Assembly: GCA_035645535.1 (NCBI GenBank)
Contig: DASQMJ010000056.1
Location: 58,052-122,051 of the forward strand
Origin: Microvirga sp.
GTDB lineage: Bacteria; Pseudomonadota; Alphaproteobacteria; Rhizobiales; Beijerinckiaceae
Reading direction: 5' to 3'
DNA: 64,000 nt
The number at the start of each line of letters is the position of its first letter. Positions within the stretch are counted from its first letter, which is position 1. Below are positions 32,186 through 42,304 of this stretch, piece by piece. The translations under genes and the position numbers were made by a program. The notes under the pieces are model-generated. The model worked only from the letters and a program-made list of their open reading frames with translations, was not told where the DNA came from and ran no database searches.

Positions 32186-32623
32186 TCAGCTTTGCGGCGG
32201 TTCGGCCCAGTAGCCGGTCTCGCCGCCGCAGGATCCGAAGGGCTTCGTGTAGTCGAGGGCGCTCCAGACGAGGGCCCCGGTGAAGGTCGCCAGCGCCTCG
32301 CCTCGGTCGGTGTCGCAGACACCCGAGTACCAGGCCGCCACGATGTCGTCGGCGACGGTGCCGGCGGCGACGTCCGGATCCTCCGACAGGAGCATGAGAC
32401 CGGGGCCGCGCCCGATGGACACGAGGCCGTCGAGGATGGTCTTGGCCGCGCCGGGATCGAGATCGGCGGCGTCCGCCTCCGTGAGGCGGGCCGAGACCTT
32501 GAGAAAATCGTCGAGGCCGATCGTGTCTCGGCCCTGCGCCGGTCGGGACAGGCCGGCCGCCAGGGCCAGGGTCATGCCCGCGCTGCTCAACATGAGCGCG
32601 CGGCGCGTCATCAACGGCGCCAT
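32186..32623 (-). CDS. Dehydrogenase small (hitch-hiker) subunit, FAD-SLDH type
   Basis: TRRALML Tat signal, FLKVSARLT, AWYSG, GYWAEPP. Confidence 0.82.
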   Translation of the reverse strand: MAPLMTRRALMLSSAGMTLALAAGLSRPAQGRDTIGLDDFLKVSARLTEADAADLDPGAAKTILDGLVSIGRGPGLMLLSEDPDVAAGTVADDIVAAWYSGVCDTDRGEALATFTGALVWSALDYTKPFGSCGGETGYWAEPPQS

Positions 32624-32781
32624 CTTCGTCTCCCCCCAACGCGCGATGGCCCGGGCTGGCGTCGTTGTCGGTCTTGTGGCCGAGCGCAGGCGATCAGCCT
32701 ATGCTTACGCTAGGGCATGTTAAGGATTTGCAAACGCGCGGCCCCTGTCGCGTCTCGCCGGGAGAGGTGACCTCAATGGTC

Positions 32782-33612
32782 CTAGGCCTCCTCGCCCGTG
32801 ACGCCGGCGGCGTCCTGGGCCTTGAGCACCTCAGGGCGGGGCATGGAGATGATGTTGTAGCCCGAATCCACGTAGTGGATCTCGCCCGTGACGCCGTTCG
32901 ACAGGTGCGACAGGAGATAGAGGGCCGATCCGCCGATGTCCTCGATGGTCACCGTCCGCCGCAGGGGCGCGTGGGCCTTCTGGTAGGTGAACATGAGCCG
33001 CGCATCCGAAATGCCGGCGCCGGCGAGCGTCCGCACGGGACCGGCCGAAATGGCGTTGCAGCGGATGCCGGAGGGGCCGAGGTCGGACGCGATGTAGCGC
33101 ACGGAGGCCTCCAGCGCGGCCTTCGCGACGCCCATCACGTTGTAGTTGGGCATGACCCGGGTCGAGCCGCCGTAGGTGAGGGTGAGGAGCGAGCCGCCGG
33201 CCTTCATGCGCTTCGCCGCCCGCTGGGCGATCTCCGTGAAGGAGAAGCAGGAGATCACCATGGTGCGGGAGAAGTTGTCCCGGGTGGTGACGTCCACGTA
33301 GGGGCCCTTGAGCTGGGACTTGTCGGAAAAGCCGATGGCGTGGACCACGAAGTCGAGCCCGTCCCACCGCCTGTCGATGGCCTCGAACATCGCGTCGACC
33401 GAAGCGATGTCCTCCACGTCGCAGGGAAGGACGAAATCGGATCCGAGGGACTGGGCGAGCGGCGTCACGCGCTTGCCGAGGGCTTCGCCCTGGTAGCTGA
33501 AGGCGAGCTCCGCGCCGTGCTCCGCCAGGGTCCTGGCGATGCCCCAGGCAATCGAATGGTCGTTCGCGACGCCCATGATGAGGCCGCGCTTTCCTTGCAT
33601 CAGACCGGTCAC
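32782..33612 (-). CDS. fabI: Enoyl-ACP reductase
   Basis: GVANDHSIAWGIA, YNVMGVAKAALE, NAISAGPVRTLA. Confidence 0.97.
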   Translation of the reverse strand: MTGLMQGKRGLIMGVANDHSIAWGIARTLAEHGAELAFSYQGEALGKRVTPLAQSLGSDFVLPCDVEDIASVDAMFEAIDRRWDGLDFVVHAIGFSDKSQLKGPYVDVTTRDNFSRTMVISCFSFTEIAQRAAKRMKAGGSLLTLTYGGSTRVMPNYNVMGVAKAALEASVRYIASDLGPSGIRCNAISAGPVRTLAGAGISDARLMFTYQKAHAPLRRTVTIEDIGGSALYLLSHLSNGVTGEIHYVDSGYNIISMPRPEVLKAQDAAGVTGEEA

Positions 33613-33774
33613 TTGGGTCCCCCTTGGCAACGGCTCGATGATTGTCTGCCGCGGATTGTTATCAAAGCGTGCATTTCGAGCCGTAATATCGACGTTGGCG
33701 AGCGAATCCATGCGAGGTCCCCCTGTGGTCCGGCGGGGCTTCGCATGGAGACGTCTCAGTGGTGTGACGCCGCC

Positions 33775-34998
33775 TCAGGCGTCGTAGCGGCTGAAGACGA
33801 GCGTGGCATTGGTTCCGCCGAAGCCGAACGAGTTCGACAGGACAGTGTCGATCTTGGCGTTGTCGATCCGCTTGCGCACGATGTTCATGTCGGCGAATTC
33901 CGGGTCGAGCTCCTCGATGTGGGCGCTCTCGCAGATGAAGCCGTTGTTCATCATGAGGAGGGAATAGATCGCCTCCTGCACGCCCGTGGCGCCGAGCGAG
34001 TGGCCGGTGAGCGACTTGGTGGCCGAGATCGGCGGGCACTTCTCGCCCGAGCCGAAGACCTCGCGGATCGCCTCGATCTCCTTCTGGTCGCCCACGGGGG
34101 TCGAGGTGGCGTGCGGGTTGATGTAGTCGACCGGGGTCTTCACGCTCTGGAGCGCCATGCGCATGCAGCGCACCGCGCCCTCGCCGGAGGGCGCCACCAT
34201 GTCGTAGCCGTCGGAGGTCATGCCGTAGCCGACGATCTCGCCGTAGATGCGGGCGCCGCGGGCCTTGGCGCGCTCGAGCTCCTCGAGGACGAGGACGCCG
34301 GCGCCGCCGGCGATCACGAAGCCGTCGCGGTTGACGTCATAGGCCCGGGAGGCGGTGGAGGGCCGGTCGTTGTACTTGGTCGACATGGCCCCCATGGCGT
34401 CGAAGAGCGACGACATGGTCCAGTCCAGATCCTCGCAGCCGCCGGCGAACATCACGTCCTGCTTGCCGTACTGGATCATCTCGTAGGCGTTGCCGACGCA
34501 GTGATTCGAGGTCGCGCAGGCGGACGAGATCGAATAGTTCACGCCCTTGATCTTGAACCAGGTGGCCAGCGTCGCCGAGGCCGTGGACGACATGGCCTTG
34601 GGCACCGCGAACGGGCCGATGCGCTTCGGGCCTTTGTCGCGGGTGATGTCCGCCGCCTCGACGATTACGCGGGTCGAGGGGCCGCCGGAGCCCATGATGA
34701 TGCCCGTGCGCTCGTTGGAGATGTCGCTTTCCTCGAGACCCGCGTCGCGGATCGCCTGGTCCATGGCCACGTGGTTCCAGGCCGTGCCCCGGCCGTGGAA
34801 GCGCATGGCGCGCCGGTCCACCATCTCCTCGGCGTTCAGGCTCGGGGCGCCGTGGACCTGGCAGCGGAAGCCGTACTTCTCGTAGTCCTCGGCCTTGCTG
34901 ATGCCGGATTTCGCCTCCCGCAAAGAGGCCAATACCTCCTGCGTGGTGTTGCCGATGGACGAAACGATGCCCATTCCGGTGACGACGACGCGCCTCAT
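33775..34998 (-). CDS. fabB: Beta-ketoacyl-ACP synthase I
   Basis: [28 protein letters not shown]. Confidence 0.97.
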   Translation of the reverse strand: MRRVVVTGMGIVSSIGNTTQEVLASLREAKSGISKAEDYEKYGFRCQVHGAPSLNAEEMVDRRAMRFHGRGTAWNHVAMDQAIRDAGLEESDISNERTGIIMGSGGPSTRVIVEAADITRDKGPKRIGPFAVPKAMSSTASATLATWFKIKGVNYSISSACATSNHCVGNAYEMIQYGKQDVMFAGGCEDLDWTMSSLFDAMGAMSTKYNDRPSTASRAYDVNRDGFVIAGGAGVLVLEELERAKARGARIYGEIVGYGMTSDGYDMVAPSGEGAVRCMRMALQSVKTPVDYINPHATSTPVGDQKEIEAIREVFGSGEKCPPISATKSLTGHSLGATGVQEAIYSLLMMNNGFICESAHIEELDPEFADMNIVRKRIDNAKIDTVLSNSFGFGGTNATLVFSRYDA

Positions 34999-35188
34999 AG
35001 CCTTGACCTCTTCATAGGAACTTCATGTCAGCCAACCGGAGACGTAAGGCCGACCCTGCTCAATCTCAACCGTGAGCCCCCCGCATGATCGCCCGTGCGA
35101 CCCGGAAGGCTGATGGGCCTTCCGTAAAAGCCACGTCCCCACAACGCAATAGGCCGAGGGCGGCGATGCGGGATACGATGGCCGGGAG

Positions 35189-35713
35189 CTAGCCCCCGGC
35201 GGCCTCGTCCGCCTGCTGGAACAGGCCGACCCGCAGGTCCTTGGCCTCGTAGATCCGCTTGCCGTCGGCCTCGAGCCACCCGTCCGCGATGCCCAGCACC
35301 AGCTTGGAGCGGAAGACGCGCTTGAGGTCGACCCCGTAGACGACTTGTCTGACCGTCGGCAGGACCTGGTCGGAAAACTTCACCTCGCCGACGCCGAGGG
35401 CCCGGCCGCGGCCCGGGGAGCCCGACCAGCCGAGGAAGAAGCCGACCATCTGCCAGAGGGCGTCGACGCCGAGGCAGCCCGGCATGACCGGGTCGCCCTT
35501 GAAGTGGCAGGGGAAGAACCAGAGATCCGGCCTCACGTCGAGCTCGGCCCGCACATGGCCCTTGCCGTGCTCGCCCCCGTCCTCGCCGATGGACGTGATG
35601 CGGTCGAACATCAGCATGGGCGGGAGCGGCAACTGCGCATTGCCGGGACCGAACAATTCTCCGCGCCCGCAGGCGAGAAGCTCTTCGTAGGTATAGCTCG
35701 ACTGGCGCGCCAT
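35189..35713 (-). CDS. fabA: 3-hydroxyacyl-ACP dehydratase/isomerase FabA
   Basis: [28 protein letters not shown]. Confidence 0.97.
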   Translation of the reverse strand: MARQSSYTYEELLACGRGELFGPGNAQLPLPPMLMFDRITSIGEDGGEHGKGHVRAELDVRPDLWFFPCHFKGDPVMPGCLGVDALWQMVGFFLGWSGSPGRGRALGVGEVKFSDQVLPTVRQVVYGVDLKRVFRSKLVLGIADGWLEADGKRIYEAKDLRVGLFQQADEAAGG

Positions 35714-35962
35714 GCCGGGTGCCGATCCTTTCATCGTCTCAAAGCGGCGGCTCCGGATCCGCCGGAGCCCTGAACGGCGCTCTGGTAGCACAGGCTTGGC
35801 CGTCCATCAAAGGGACCTGCGTTCCGAGCGTCGATTCTCCGGAGCACCCTCCGCAGAACGCCGTATCCTGGGCCGGGGCAGCCCGTCTAGCCTTGCGGCA
35901 AGGGCCTCGCTTTCCTATCATGGTGATGATAGAAGCACTTATTCTTACATTCAGTTCCGACG

Positions 35963-36433
35963 ATGACCGATCCCTTGTCCGCCTACATCGAATCCACGAC
36001 CGCAACGGCTCACCGGCGGGGCTGCCCCCTGTCCGAGCTGCGGGACAAGCTGCGCCGCGTGGGCCTGCGCCCGACCCGGCAGCGCATCTCGCTGGGCTGG
36101 CTGCTGTTCGGCAAGGGCGACCGCCACATCACGGCGGAGCTGCTGTTCGAGGAGGCCACGAAGGCCCGGGTGCCGGTTTCGCTCGCCACCGTCTACAACA
36201 CCCTGCACCAGTTCACGGAAGCGGGCCTCCTGCGCCAGCTCGCCGTGGACGGGTCCAAGTCCTATTTCGACACCAACCCCACCGAGCACCACCACTTCTT
36301 CCTGGAGGAGGAGGGGGAGCTGGTCGACATGCCGTCGACGGGGGTGAGCGTGGGCGACCTGCCCGAGCCGCCGCCCGGCATGGAGGTGGCGGGGGTCGAA
36401 GTCATCGTCCGCCTGCGGCGCAAGACGGCCTGA
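35963..36433 (+). CDS. irr: Iron response regulator Irr (Fur family)
   Basis: GLRPTRQR, SLATVYNTLHQF, HHHFF; GCP heme-regulatory-like motif; divergent from fabA as in rhizobia. Confidence 0.93.
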   Translation: MTDPLSAYIESTTATAHRRGCPLSELRDKLRRVGLRPTRQRISLGWLLFGKGDRHITAELLFEEATKARVPVSLATVYNTLHQFTEAGLLRQLAVDGSKSYFDTNPTEHHHFFLEEEGELVDMPSTGVSVGDLPEPPPGMEVAGVEVIVRLRRKTA

Positions 36434-36500
36434 GGGTTCAGGCGCTCACCGACCAGACCGTTCCGGGCTTTCTGCGCAGGGCGGGCCTCAGAGTTTTCCC

Positions 36501-37376
36501 ATGCCGCTCGGCCATTGCCTTCTCGCCCTTCTCGTCACGGTCATCTGGGGCCTGAGCTTCGTCGTCATCAAGATCGGGGTCGGAACCACGCCGCCCCTGC
36601 TGCTCTGCGCGCTGCGCTTTCTCTTTGCGGCGGTTCCGGCGGTGTTCTTCATCCCCCGGCCCGAGACCGGGTGGCGCCATCTCGTCGGCTACGGCTTCTT
36701 CCTCGGCATCGTCCAATTCGGGCTGCTCTTCGCGGCCATCGCGCTCGGCATGCCGGCGAGCCTCGCGTCGCTCGTCATGCAGGCGCAGGTCTTCTTCACG
36801 GTCCTGTTCGCCGCGCTCCTGATGGGCGAGAGGCCCGGCCCGTGCCAGATCGCCGGCGGGCTCGTGGCCTTCGCGGGCCTCGCCCTCATCGCCTGGCCGC
36901 GGCTCGCGGGGAGCGAGGCCCTGCCGTTCATGATGACGGTCGCGGCCTCCGCCGCCTGGGGCGTCGCCAACATCGTGTCGAAGCGGGCAGGGCGCATCGA
37001 CATGCTGGGCTTCGTGGTGTGGTCGAGCCTCATCCCGCCGCTGCCCCTGCTGGGGCTTTCCCTCTGGCTCGAGGGGCCGGACCGGGTCGGAGCGGCACTC
37101 GCCGGGATCGATCTGACGACCCTGGCGTCGGTGGCCTATCTCGCCTACCCGACCACGGTCTTCGCCTTCGCGGCCTGGGCCTACCTTCTGTCGCGCCATC
37201 CGGCCGCCACCGTCACGCCCTTCGCGCTGCTCGTGCCGGTGGCCGGGATCGCCGGCGGCTCGGTGATCCTGGACGAGGCGATGTCGCCCATCGAGGCCAT
37301 CGGCGGCGCGGTCGTCATCCTCGGGCTCGCCACCAACGTCCTCGGGCCGCAGCTCGCCCGCAGGCCCGTCACATAG
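36501..37376 (+). CDS. EamA/DMT transporter
   Basis: IWGLSFVVIK, 10 TM in two repeats, PFALLVPV. Confidence 0.9.
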   Translation: MPLGHCLLALLVTVIWGLSFVVIKIGVGTTPPLLLCALRFLFAAVPAVFFIPRPETGWRHLVGYGFFLGIVQFGLLFAAIALGMPASLASLVMQAQVFFTVLFAALLMGERPGPCQIAGGLVAFAGLALIAWPRLAGSEALPFMMTVAASAAWGVANIVSKRAGRIDMLGFVVWSSLIPPLPLLGLSLWLEGPDRVGAALAGIDLTTLASVAYLAYPTTVFAFAAWAYLLSRHPAATVTPFALLVPVAGIAGGSVILDEAMSPIEAIGGAVVILGLATNVLGPQLARRPVT

Positions 37377-37389
37377 ATTTCGATTGTTG

Positions 37390-37575
37390 CTAGCGCAGGA
37401 TGCCAAAGCCCACGAGGGCATAGGCGATCAGGAAGATCGCCACGAAGACGTTGAGGAAGCGGGGCGCCACCAGCGACGCGATGCCGAGGATCAGGGCGAG
37501 GATCGGAAGGAGCTTGAAGCTGAGGTTGATGGACACGAGGGATCTCAGGCTCGATAAAACGTTATCCAGTTGCAT
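37390..37575 (-). CDS. Small membrane protein, DUF3096-like
   Basis: PILALILGI..LVAPRFLN.FVAIFLI. Confidence 0.6.
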   Translation of the reverse strand: MQLDNVLSSLRSLVSINLSFKLLPILALILGIASLVAPRFLNVFVAIFLIAYALVGFGILR

Positions 37576-37628
37576 AAGCCGAAATCCTTTCCAAATCGGA
37601 AAGCCGTCGCGTCCTTAGGGCGCCGGCC

Positions 37629-38165
37629 CTATTCCACCGTCTCGTTCGGATAGACGCCCCAGAGCTTGTCCTGGCGAATATAGCCGCTCACGTCGCGACT
37701 GCCTTCGCGCACGATCAGGATGTTGCACCAGGTGCCGTCGCAGCCCTTGATGCTGGCGATCACGCCCGGCTGGAGCTGGGCGACGGTCTGGCCCTTGTCG
37801 TCGGCCCGGTCGAGAAGCGGGATCGGTGGCTGGGCGCCCTTGGCCCAGGGCATGACGAGCGCGGTGCGCCGGCCGGACAGCAGGGAGTGCAGCACCCAGC
37901 CGTCCGTGCCCTCCGAATCGCGGATGCGCCGCCAGGTCTCGTATTCGGCGATGATCTCCACCGGCAGGCCCGCGCGCTGGAACACCCAGGCGGTCCTGTG
38001 ATCTTTGGAGGGGCCCTCCCGCAGATTCACCCGGTCCGTCTTCAGGCTCACGTAGCGCGGGACGGGAAGTCCGGTCCCGAGGCGGCCGCCCGGAGGCTGC
38101 TGCTGCGCCGGAGCCTGGGCGGCGCTCAGGGCCAGCAGGGCAAGGCTGAGGAGGATCTTGCGCAT
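37629..38165 (-). CDS. Exported tandem bacterial SH3 protein
   Basis: GLPVPRYVSLK, VNLREGP, WRRIRD.EG..GWV, LWGVYP. Confidence 0.9.
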   Translation of the reverse strand: MRKILLSLALLALSAAQAPAQQQPPGGRLGTGLPVPRYVSLKTDRVNLREGPSKDHRTAWVFQRAGLPVEIIAEYETWRRIRDSEGTDGWVLHSLLSGRRTALVMPWAKGAQPPIPLLDRADDKGQTVAQLQPGVIASIKGCDGTWCNILIVREGSRDVSGYIRQDKLWGVYPNETVE

Positions 38166-38332
38166 GGTTTCCCTGTCTGTTGGGTTTGTCTAAAGGCGAG
38201 CCTCTGGTAGAGAAGCTTGACGGGCTTCGCCACGCGGCGCCCTGTCGCCATTTAGTCGCCGGAACGGGTTAAGAGAGCGTGAAAACTCTTGCGATTCCGG
38301 CGATTTTTAAAGTGCTGGGACATCGCGAGCCG

Positions 38333-39325
38333 ATGAAAAAGAGACCTGTCGTCGTCGTCACCCGCCGCCTGCCCGACGTGATCGAGACGCGCCTGCGCGA
38401 GCTGTTCGACACGCGGCTCAACCTCGAGGACAAGCCGCTCACGGCCGAGGAGCTCGCCGAGGCCGTGAAGACCGCGGACGTCCTGGTGCCGACCATCACG
38501 GACGAGATCGACGCCGCCCTGCTGGAGCAGGCGGGTCCCGGCCTCAAGCTCATCGCCAATTTCGGCAACGGCGTCGACAACATCGACGTGCCGGCCGCCG
38601 TGGCGCGAGGCATCACCGTCACCAACACGCCGGGGGTGCTCACCGAGGACACGGCCGACATGACCATGGCGCTGATCCTGGCGGTCGCGCGCCGCATCCC
38701 GGAGGGCGCGCGGGTCATTCCCAACGGGGAGTGGGCTGGCTGGTCGCCGACCTGGATGCTCGGCCGGCGCATCACCGGCAAGCGCCTCGGCATCGTCGGC
38801 ATGGGCCGGATCGGACAGGCGCTGGCGCGCCGCGCCAGGGCCTTCGGGCTCTCGATCCACTACCACAACCGCCGCCACGTGCCGCCGAAGATCGAGGCGG
38901 AGCTCGAGGCGACCTACTGGGACTCCCTCGACCAGATGCTGGCCCGCATGGACATCGTGTCCGTCAACTGCCCGCACACGCCCGCCACCTACCACCTGCT
39001 CTCGGCCCGGCGCCTCAAGCTCATGAAGCCCGATGCGATCCTGGTGAACACGGCGCGCGGCGAGATCATCGACGAGGCGGCGCTCACCAGGCTCATCGAG
39101 ACGGGCGCCATCGCGGGCGCCGGCCTCGATGTGTTCGAGGAGGAGCCCGCCGTCAATCCGCGCCTGGTGCGCCTCGCCAAGCAGGGCAAGGTGGTGCTGC
39201 TGCCCCACATGGGCTCGGCCACCCACGAGGGCCGCGTCGCCATGGGCGAGAAGGTGATCGTCAACATCAAGGCCTTCATTGACGGCCACAAGCCGCCGGA
39301 CCGGGTGCTGCCGAGCATGCTGTGA
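38333..39325 (+). CDS. D-2-hydroxyacid dehydrogenase (glyoxylate/glycerate reductase)
   Basis: GIVGMGRIG, NTARG, LDVFEEEP, LPHMGSAT. Confidence 0.92.
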   Translation: MKKRPVVVVTRRLPDVIETRLRELFDTRLNLEDKPLTAEELAEAVKTADVLVPTITDEIDAALLEQAGPGLKLIANFGNGVDNIDVPAAVARGITVTNTPGVLTEDTADMTMALILAVARRIPEGARVIPNGEWAGWSPTWMLGRRITGKRLGIVGMGRIGQALARRARAFGLSIHYHNRRHVPPKIEAELEATYWDSLDQMLARMDIVSVNCPHTPATYHLLSARRLKLMKPDAILVNTARGEIIDEAALTRLIETGAIAGAGLDVFEEEPAVNPRLVRLAKQGKVVLLPHMGSATHEGRVAMGEKVIVNIKAFIDGHKPPDRVLPSML

Positions 39326-39374
39326 GAGGGCCGGCTCAAGAACGACGCGCCCGAGCGATGCCCGCGCCGCGGTG

Positions 39375-40781
39375 CTACGAGAACAGTTTGAGAAGGCGGT
39401 TGGGCGCGTCGTTCGCGATGTTCAGGCTCTGGGCCGCGAGCTGTTCCTGCGCCCTCAGGGCTGAAAGCCTCGTGCTCTCAGCCTCCAGATCCGTATCGAC
39501 GAGCGCGCCGATGCTGTTCGTGTAGAGGGCTTGGAATGTTTCGGCCATTTCACTGGCAGCGAGCATAATCCGGCGAGATACTCCGAGATGGGCGGCATGG
39601 TTGATGGCGATCGCGAGTGCTCCTTCTATTTGAGCCAAAGCGCCGTTGGGGGAGTCGAAGTTGAGAGGTTCGATGCCCAGATCCTTGGCGAGCATCGAAC
39701 GGTACCGCACATTGATCATGTTCCCTTCGGGAGAGGATAGAACCCGAAACGGTCCCTGCCTGTCCGATCGGGACGGCATACCAAATCCGGAGGAAAAGAA
39801 GCCCGGATCGTTGATCCCGTGATAGCTGCCTCCGGTTCCTGTGCTGATAGCCAGAAGTCTTGGGTCCGGGGTGCCCGGACCCGCCACCGTGACCCTGATG
39901 CCGTCCGCATCCAGCTCAGCAACGGTCCCCCCGACCGTGTTGCGCGAGCCTGTTCCGTCCTCCGCGCTGTGGACCGTGGCGTCCGTGATCATCACCACCT
40001 CGCGGAAAGCACCTGGCCGAAAGGGCAACCTCCGGATTTGTTGGAGGGCTTCCAGGCCCGACTCGGGAATATCGCCGCCGCCTAGGAGGTTGACGCCGTC
40101 GAGTGCTGCCTTGAACGCGGCCGGGTCCGTGTAGAACCCCGAACTGAAGAGAGGCTCGGAGGCTCCCACCGTGACGACGTCGGAATACGTGGTGAACGAG
40201 AAGCGGATGTTCTCTCCGGCGGCAGTGCGATCGGTGATGAAATCGACCACATTGTTTCTGACGGCATCCAGATGACTGCCCATGCTGCCACTAATGTCGA
40301 TGCAAAAGACGTAATCGACCGGCGTCCCGGCCCCTTGTTCTGGCATGATGGGACTGGCACTGCCGGTCCGCGTGATCAGGTTCGTGCCGCCGACGTAACT
40401 CGCATTTGCGCGCGAGTCGTTCGCCTTGATGATGGCCTCGATCTCTCCCCTGAGGACACTCTTCTGCTGGTCTCCGGCGAGACTTGAGTAGACGACGAGT
40501 TTTTCCTTTATCGTCGACAGGCCTCCGATAATCGAATCGACGCTGCTCAGAGCCGTCTCAACGGGCGCGGATCCCAGCTGCAAGCTCGATTGCACGGCCT
40601 CCCAACCGGTACGTTTGCTCTTCAGGTCCTGAGAGATGCTCCACATGCCCGCGCCATCCCGGGCAGTATCGATGCGCCGCCCTGTACTCACGCGGCTCAG
40701 CGTGACATCCAGTTCCCGCGAAAGCGTCCTTAGAGTGCTGAGAGCTTGTGCTGCTGACAAATTCGTCCGAATGGAGGACAT
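39375..40781 (-). CDS. Flagellin with an inserted von Willebrand factor A domain
   Basis: Flagellin N-terminus (SIRTNLSA.QAL.TL...RVSTGRRI..A.D), flagellin C-terminus (LVDTDLEAESTRLSAL..QEQLA.QSL.IAN...LLKLF) and central vWA (DYVFCIDISGSM, GGGDIPES, MITDA). Confidence 0.88.
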   Translation of the reverse strand: MSSIRTNLSAAQALSTLRTLSRELDVTLSRVSTGRRIDTARDGAGMWSISQDLKSKRTGWEAVQSSLQLGSAPVETALSSVDSIIGGLSTIKEKLVVYSSLAGDQQKSVLRGEIEAIIKANDSRANASYVGGTNLITRTGSASPIMPEQGAGTPVDYVFCIDISGSMGSHLDAVRNNVVDFITDRTAAGENIRFSFTTYSDVVTVGASEPLFSSGFYTDPAAFKAALDGVNLLGGGDIPESGLEALQQIRRLPFRPGAFREVVMITDATVHSAEDGTGSRNTVGGTVAELDADGIRVTVAGPGTPDPRLLAISTGTGGSYHGINDPGFFSSGFGMPSRSDRQGPFRVLSSPEGNMINVRYRSMLAKDLGIEPLNFDSPNGALAQIEGALAIAINHAAHLGVSRRIMLAASEMAETFQALYTNSIGALVDTDLEAESTRLSALRAQEQLAAQSLNIANDAPNRLLKLFS

Positions 40782-40880
40782 CGCTCCCGGTCACCTCAGA
40801 TCATGTCGCCACGCCTGATGCGGCTAAGGAGCCTTGCTTGCGCGTGGCTGGCACCTATGGCCCTCGAATGTCTCGACGCT

Positions 40881-42221
40881 TCATCGGTCTGTGGATCGAT
40901 GAACGACGGTGCCGTGCGATGACGGGCTCGCATTGAGCGCTGCGAGGCGCCGCGCGACCTCCCCGGCCGCCCGTTCGCCCTCCTCCCAGGCGCCGCCGGC
41001 CGTGCCCCATTGGGTGCGCGACAGCGCCTCGCCGGCGAACCAGATCCGCTCGCCCACCGGCGCCTTCAGGGTGTCGCGGATGGCGTAGAGCCCCGGAGGC
41101 ACCACCGCCCAGGACGCGCGCGACCACCGGTCGTGCCGCCAGCCGGTGCTGAGCACCACGCTCATGTCCCGAATCGCCCGATGGCCGAAATGCTCCGCCA
41201 GGACCGCGCGGGCGAATCGGGCCGGGGCGTCCCGGTCGCGTCCGTCGAGGCGGGCGGCGGCGGGCTGGTCCAGCTCGAAGAAATGAAACGGCGTGCCGTC
41301 GATGCGGGTCAGGAGCCCGGGCGGCTCCCGGTGGCCGCCGATCAGGCTCGCGAGGCGATCCGCTCCCGTGAAGGGGGAACCCGGCCAGTGCAGCACCACA
41401 TGCTCGTAGACCCCCTGCGTGAAGCCGTGGATCGCCTCCTGCGCGGCGTCCGGAAGCGCCGGCGCGAAGCGGATCGCGTGCCGCTGCAGCACCGCCATCG
41501 GGGCGGTGACGATGACGGCCTTCGCCCGCACCGTCCCGTCGGAGGTTTCGATCCGCACGCCCGTCCCCGACCAGTCGATCTCGTGCACGCACGTGCCGAG
41601 CCGGATCGGCAGGTCCCGGGCGAGCCGGGCCACATAAGATCCAAGCCCGCCGGCGATGAAGAGGTTGTCGGCATATTCCATGCTCGGGAAGTCGTGCAGG
41701 CTCACCTCATCGAGGGGCCTGCCGGACACGAGCCCGTGCACCTTCGTGACCCGCCGCCCGTGCGGCCCCATGGGCGGCAGGACCTTGGCGGCCGCCTGGT
41801 CCTCCCGGCGCCGGGCGGCCTCCGTCATGGTCCGGTCGGCCACCGCGAAGGCCCGGTCGAGGGCGGCGCGGTCGGCGCGGCTTCCCTTTCGGCCGCGGAT
41901 GAACAGATGACCGTCCACGGGGGCACGGCGCAGGGGCTCGCCCCGTTCGCGCCCGAGCCGCACCAAGGGATTGATCGGCCCCGCGTGCAGCCAGTGGGCG
42001 CCGAGATCGACCGGATGCCCCCTCATAGGCACGGTCACGGTCCGGCCGCCGATCCGCGGCCGCGCTTCCAGCACCGTCACCGTCAGGCCCGCCGCGAGGA
42101 GGCGCCGGGACGCCGCGATGCCGGCGGAGCCGGCGCCGATGATGGCCACGTCGGGGGTGGCGGATGGGGCTATGGCCTGCACAGGTTCCTCCACCCCTCG
42201 CCTTGCGGAGGGTTCGTTCAT
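40881..42221 (-). CDS. Flavin monoamine oxidase-family protein
   Basis: IIGAGSAG, LEARPRIGGR, DLGAHWLH, FAGEA. Confidence 0.88.
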   Translation of the reverse strand: MNEPSARRGVEEPVQAIAPSATPDVAIIGAGSAGIAASRRLLAAGLTVTVLEARPRIGGRTVTVPMRGHPVDLGAHWLHAGPINPLVRLGRERGEPLRRAPVDGHLFIRGRKGSRADRAALDRAFAVADRTMTEAARRREDQAAAKVLPPMGPHGRRVTKVHGLVSGRPLDEVSLHDFPSMEYADNLFIAGGLGSYVARLARDLPIRLGTCVHEIDWSGTGVRIETSDGTVRAKAVIVTAPMAVLQRHAIRFAPALPDAAQEAIHGFTQGVYEHVVLHWPGSPFTGADRLASLIGGHREPPGLLTRIDGTPFHFFELDQPAAARLDGRDRDAPARFARAVLAEHFGHRAIRDMSVVLSTGWRHDRWSRASWAVVPPGLYAIRDTLKAPVGERIWFAGEALSRTQWGTAGGAWEEGERAAGEVARRLAALNASPSSHGTVVHRSTDR

Positions 42222-42304
42222 AAGTAAAGTCCGCGCTGTATCTCGGGAGAGTTCATGACGAGCCTTGCCATCGCCGCCCCGGCCGCCGGGGCAGGAGACG
42301 ACAG

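Noticed and set aside
32665-35088. 807-aa plus-strand ORF, and similar long ORFs such as 19374-21317 and 1633-3111
   Set aside because: Antisense shadows of fabI/fabB, hslUV and pnp caused by high-GC codon bias; no recognisable motifs
40782-40880. Flagellar-class promoter (sigma54, sigma28 or CtrA) for the vWA flagellin
   Set aside because: No convincing consensus on the coding strand; the TGGCAC present is on the wrong strand and lacks the -12 element
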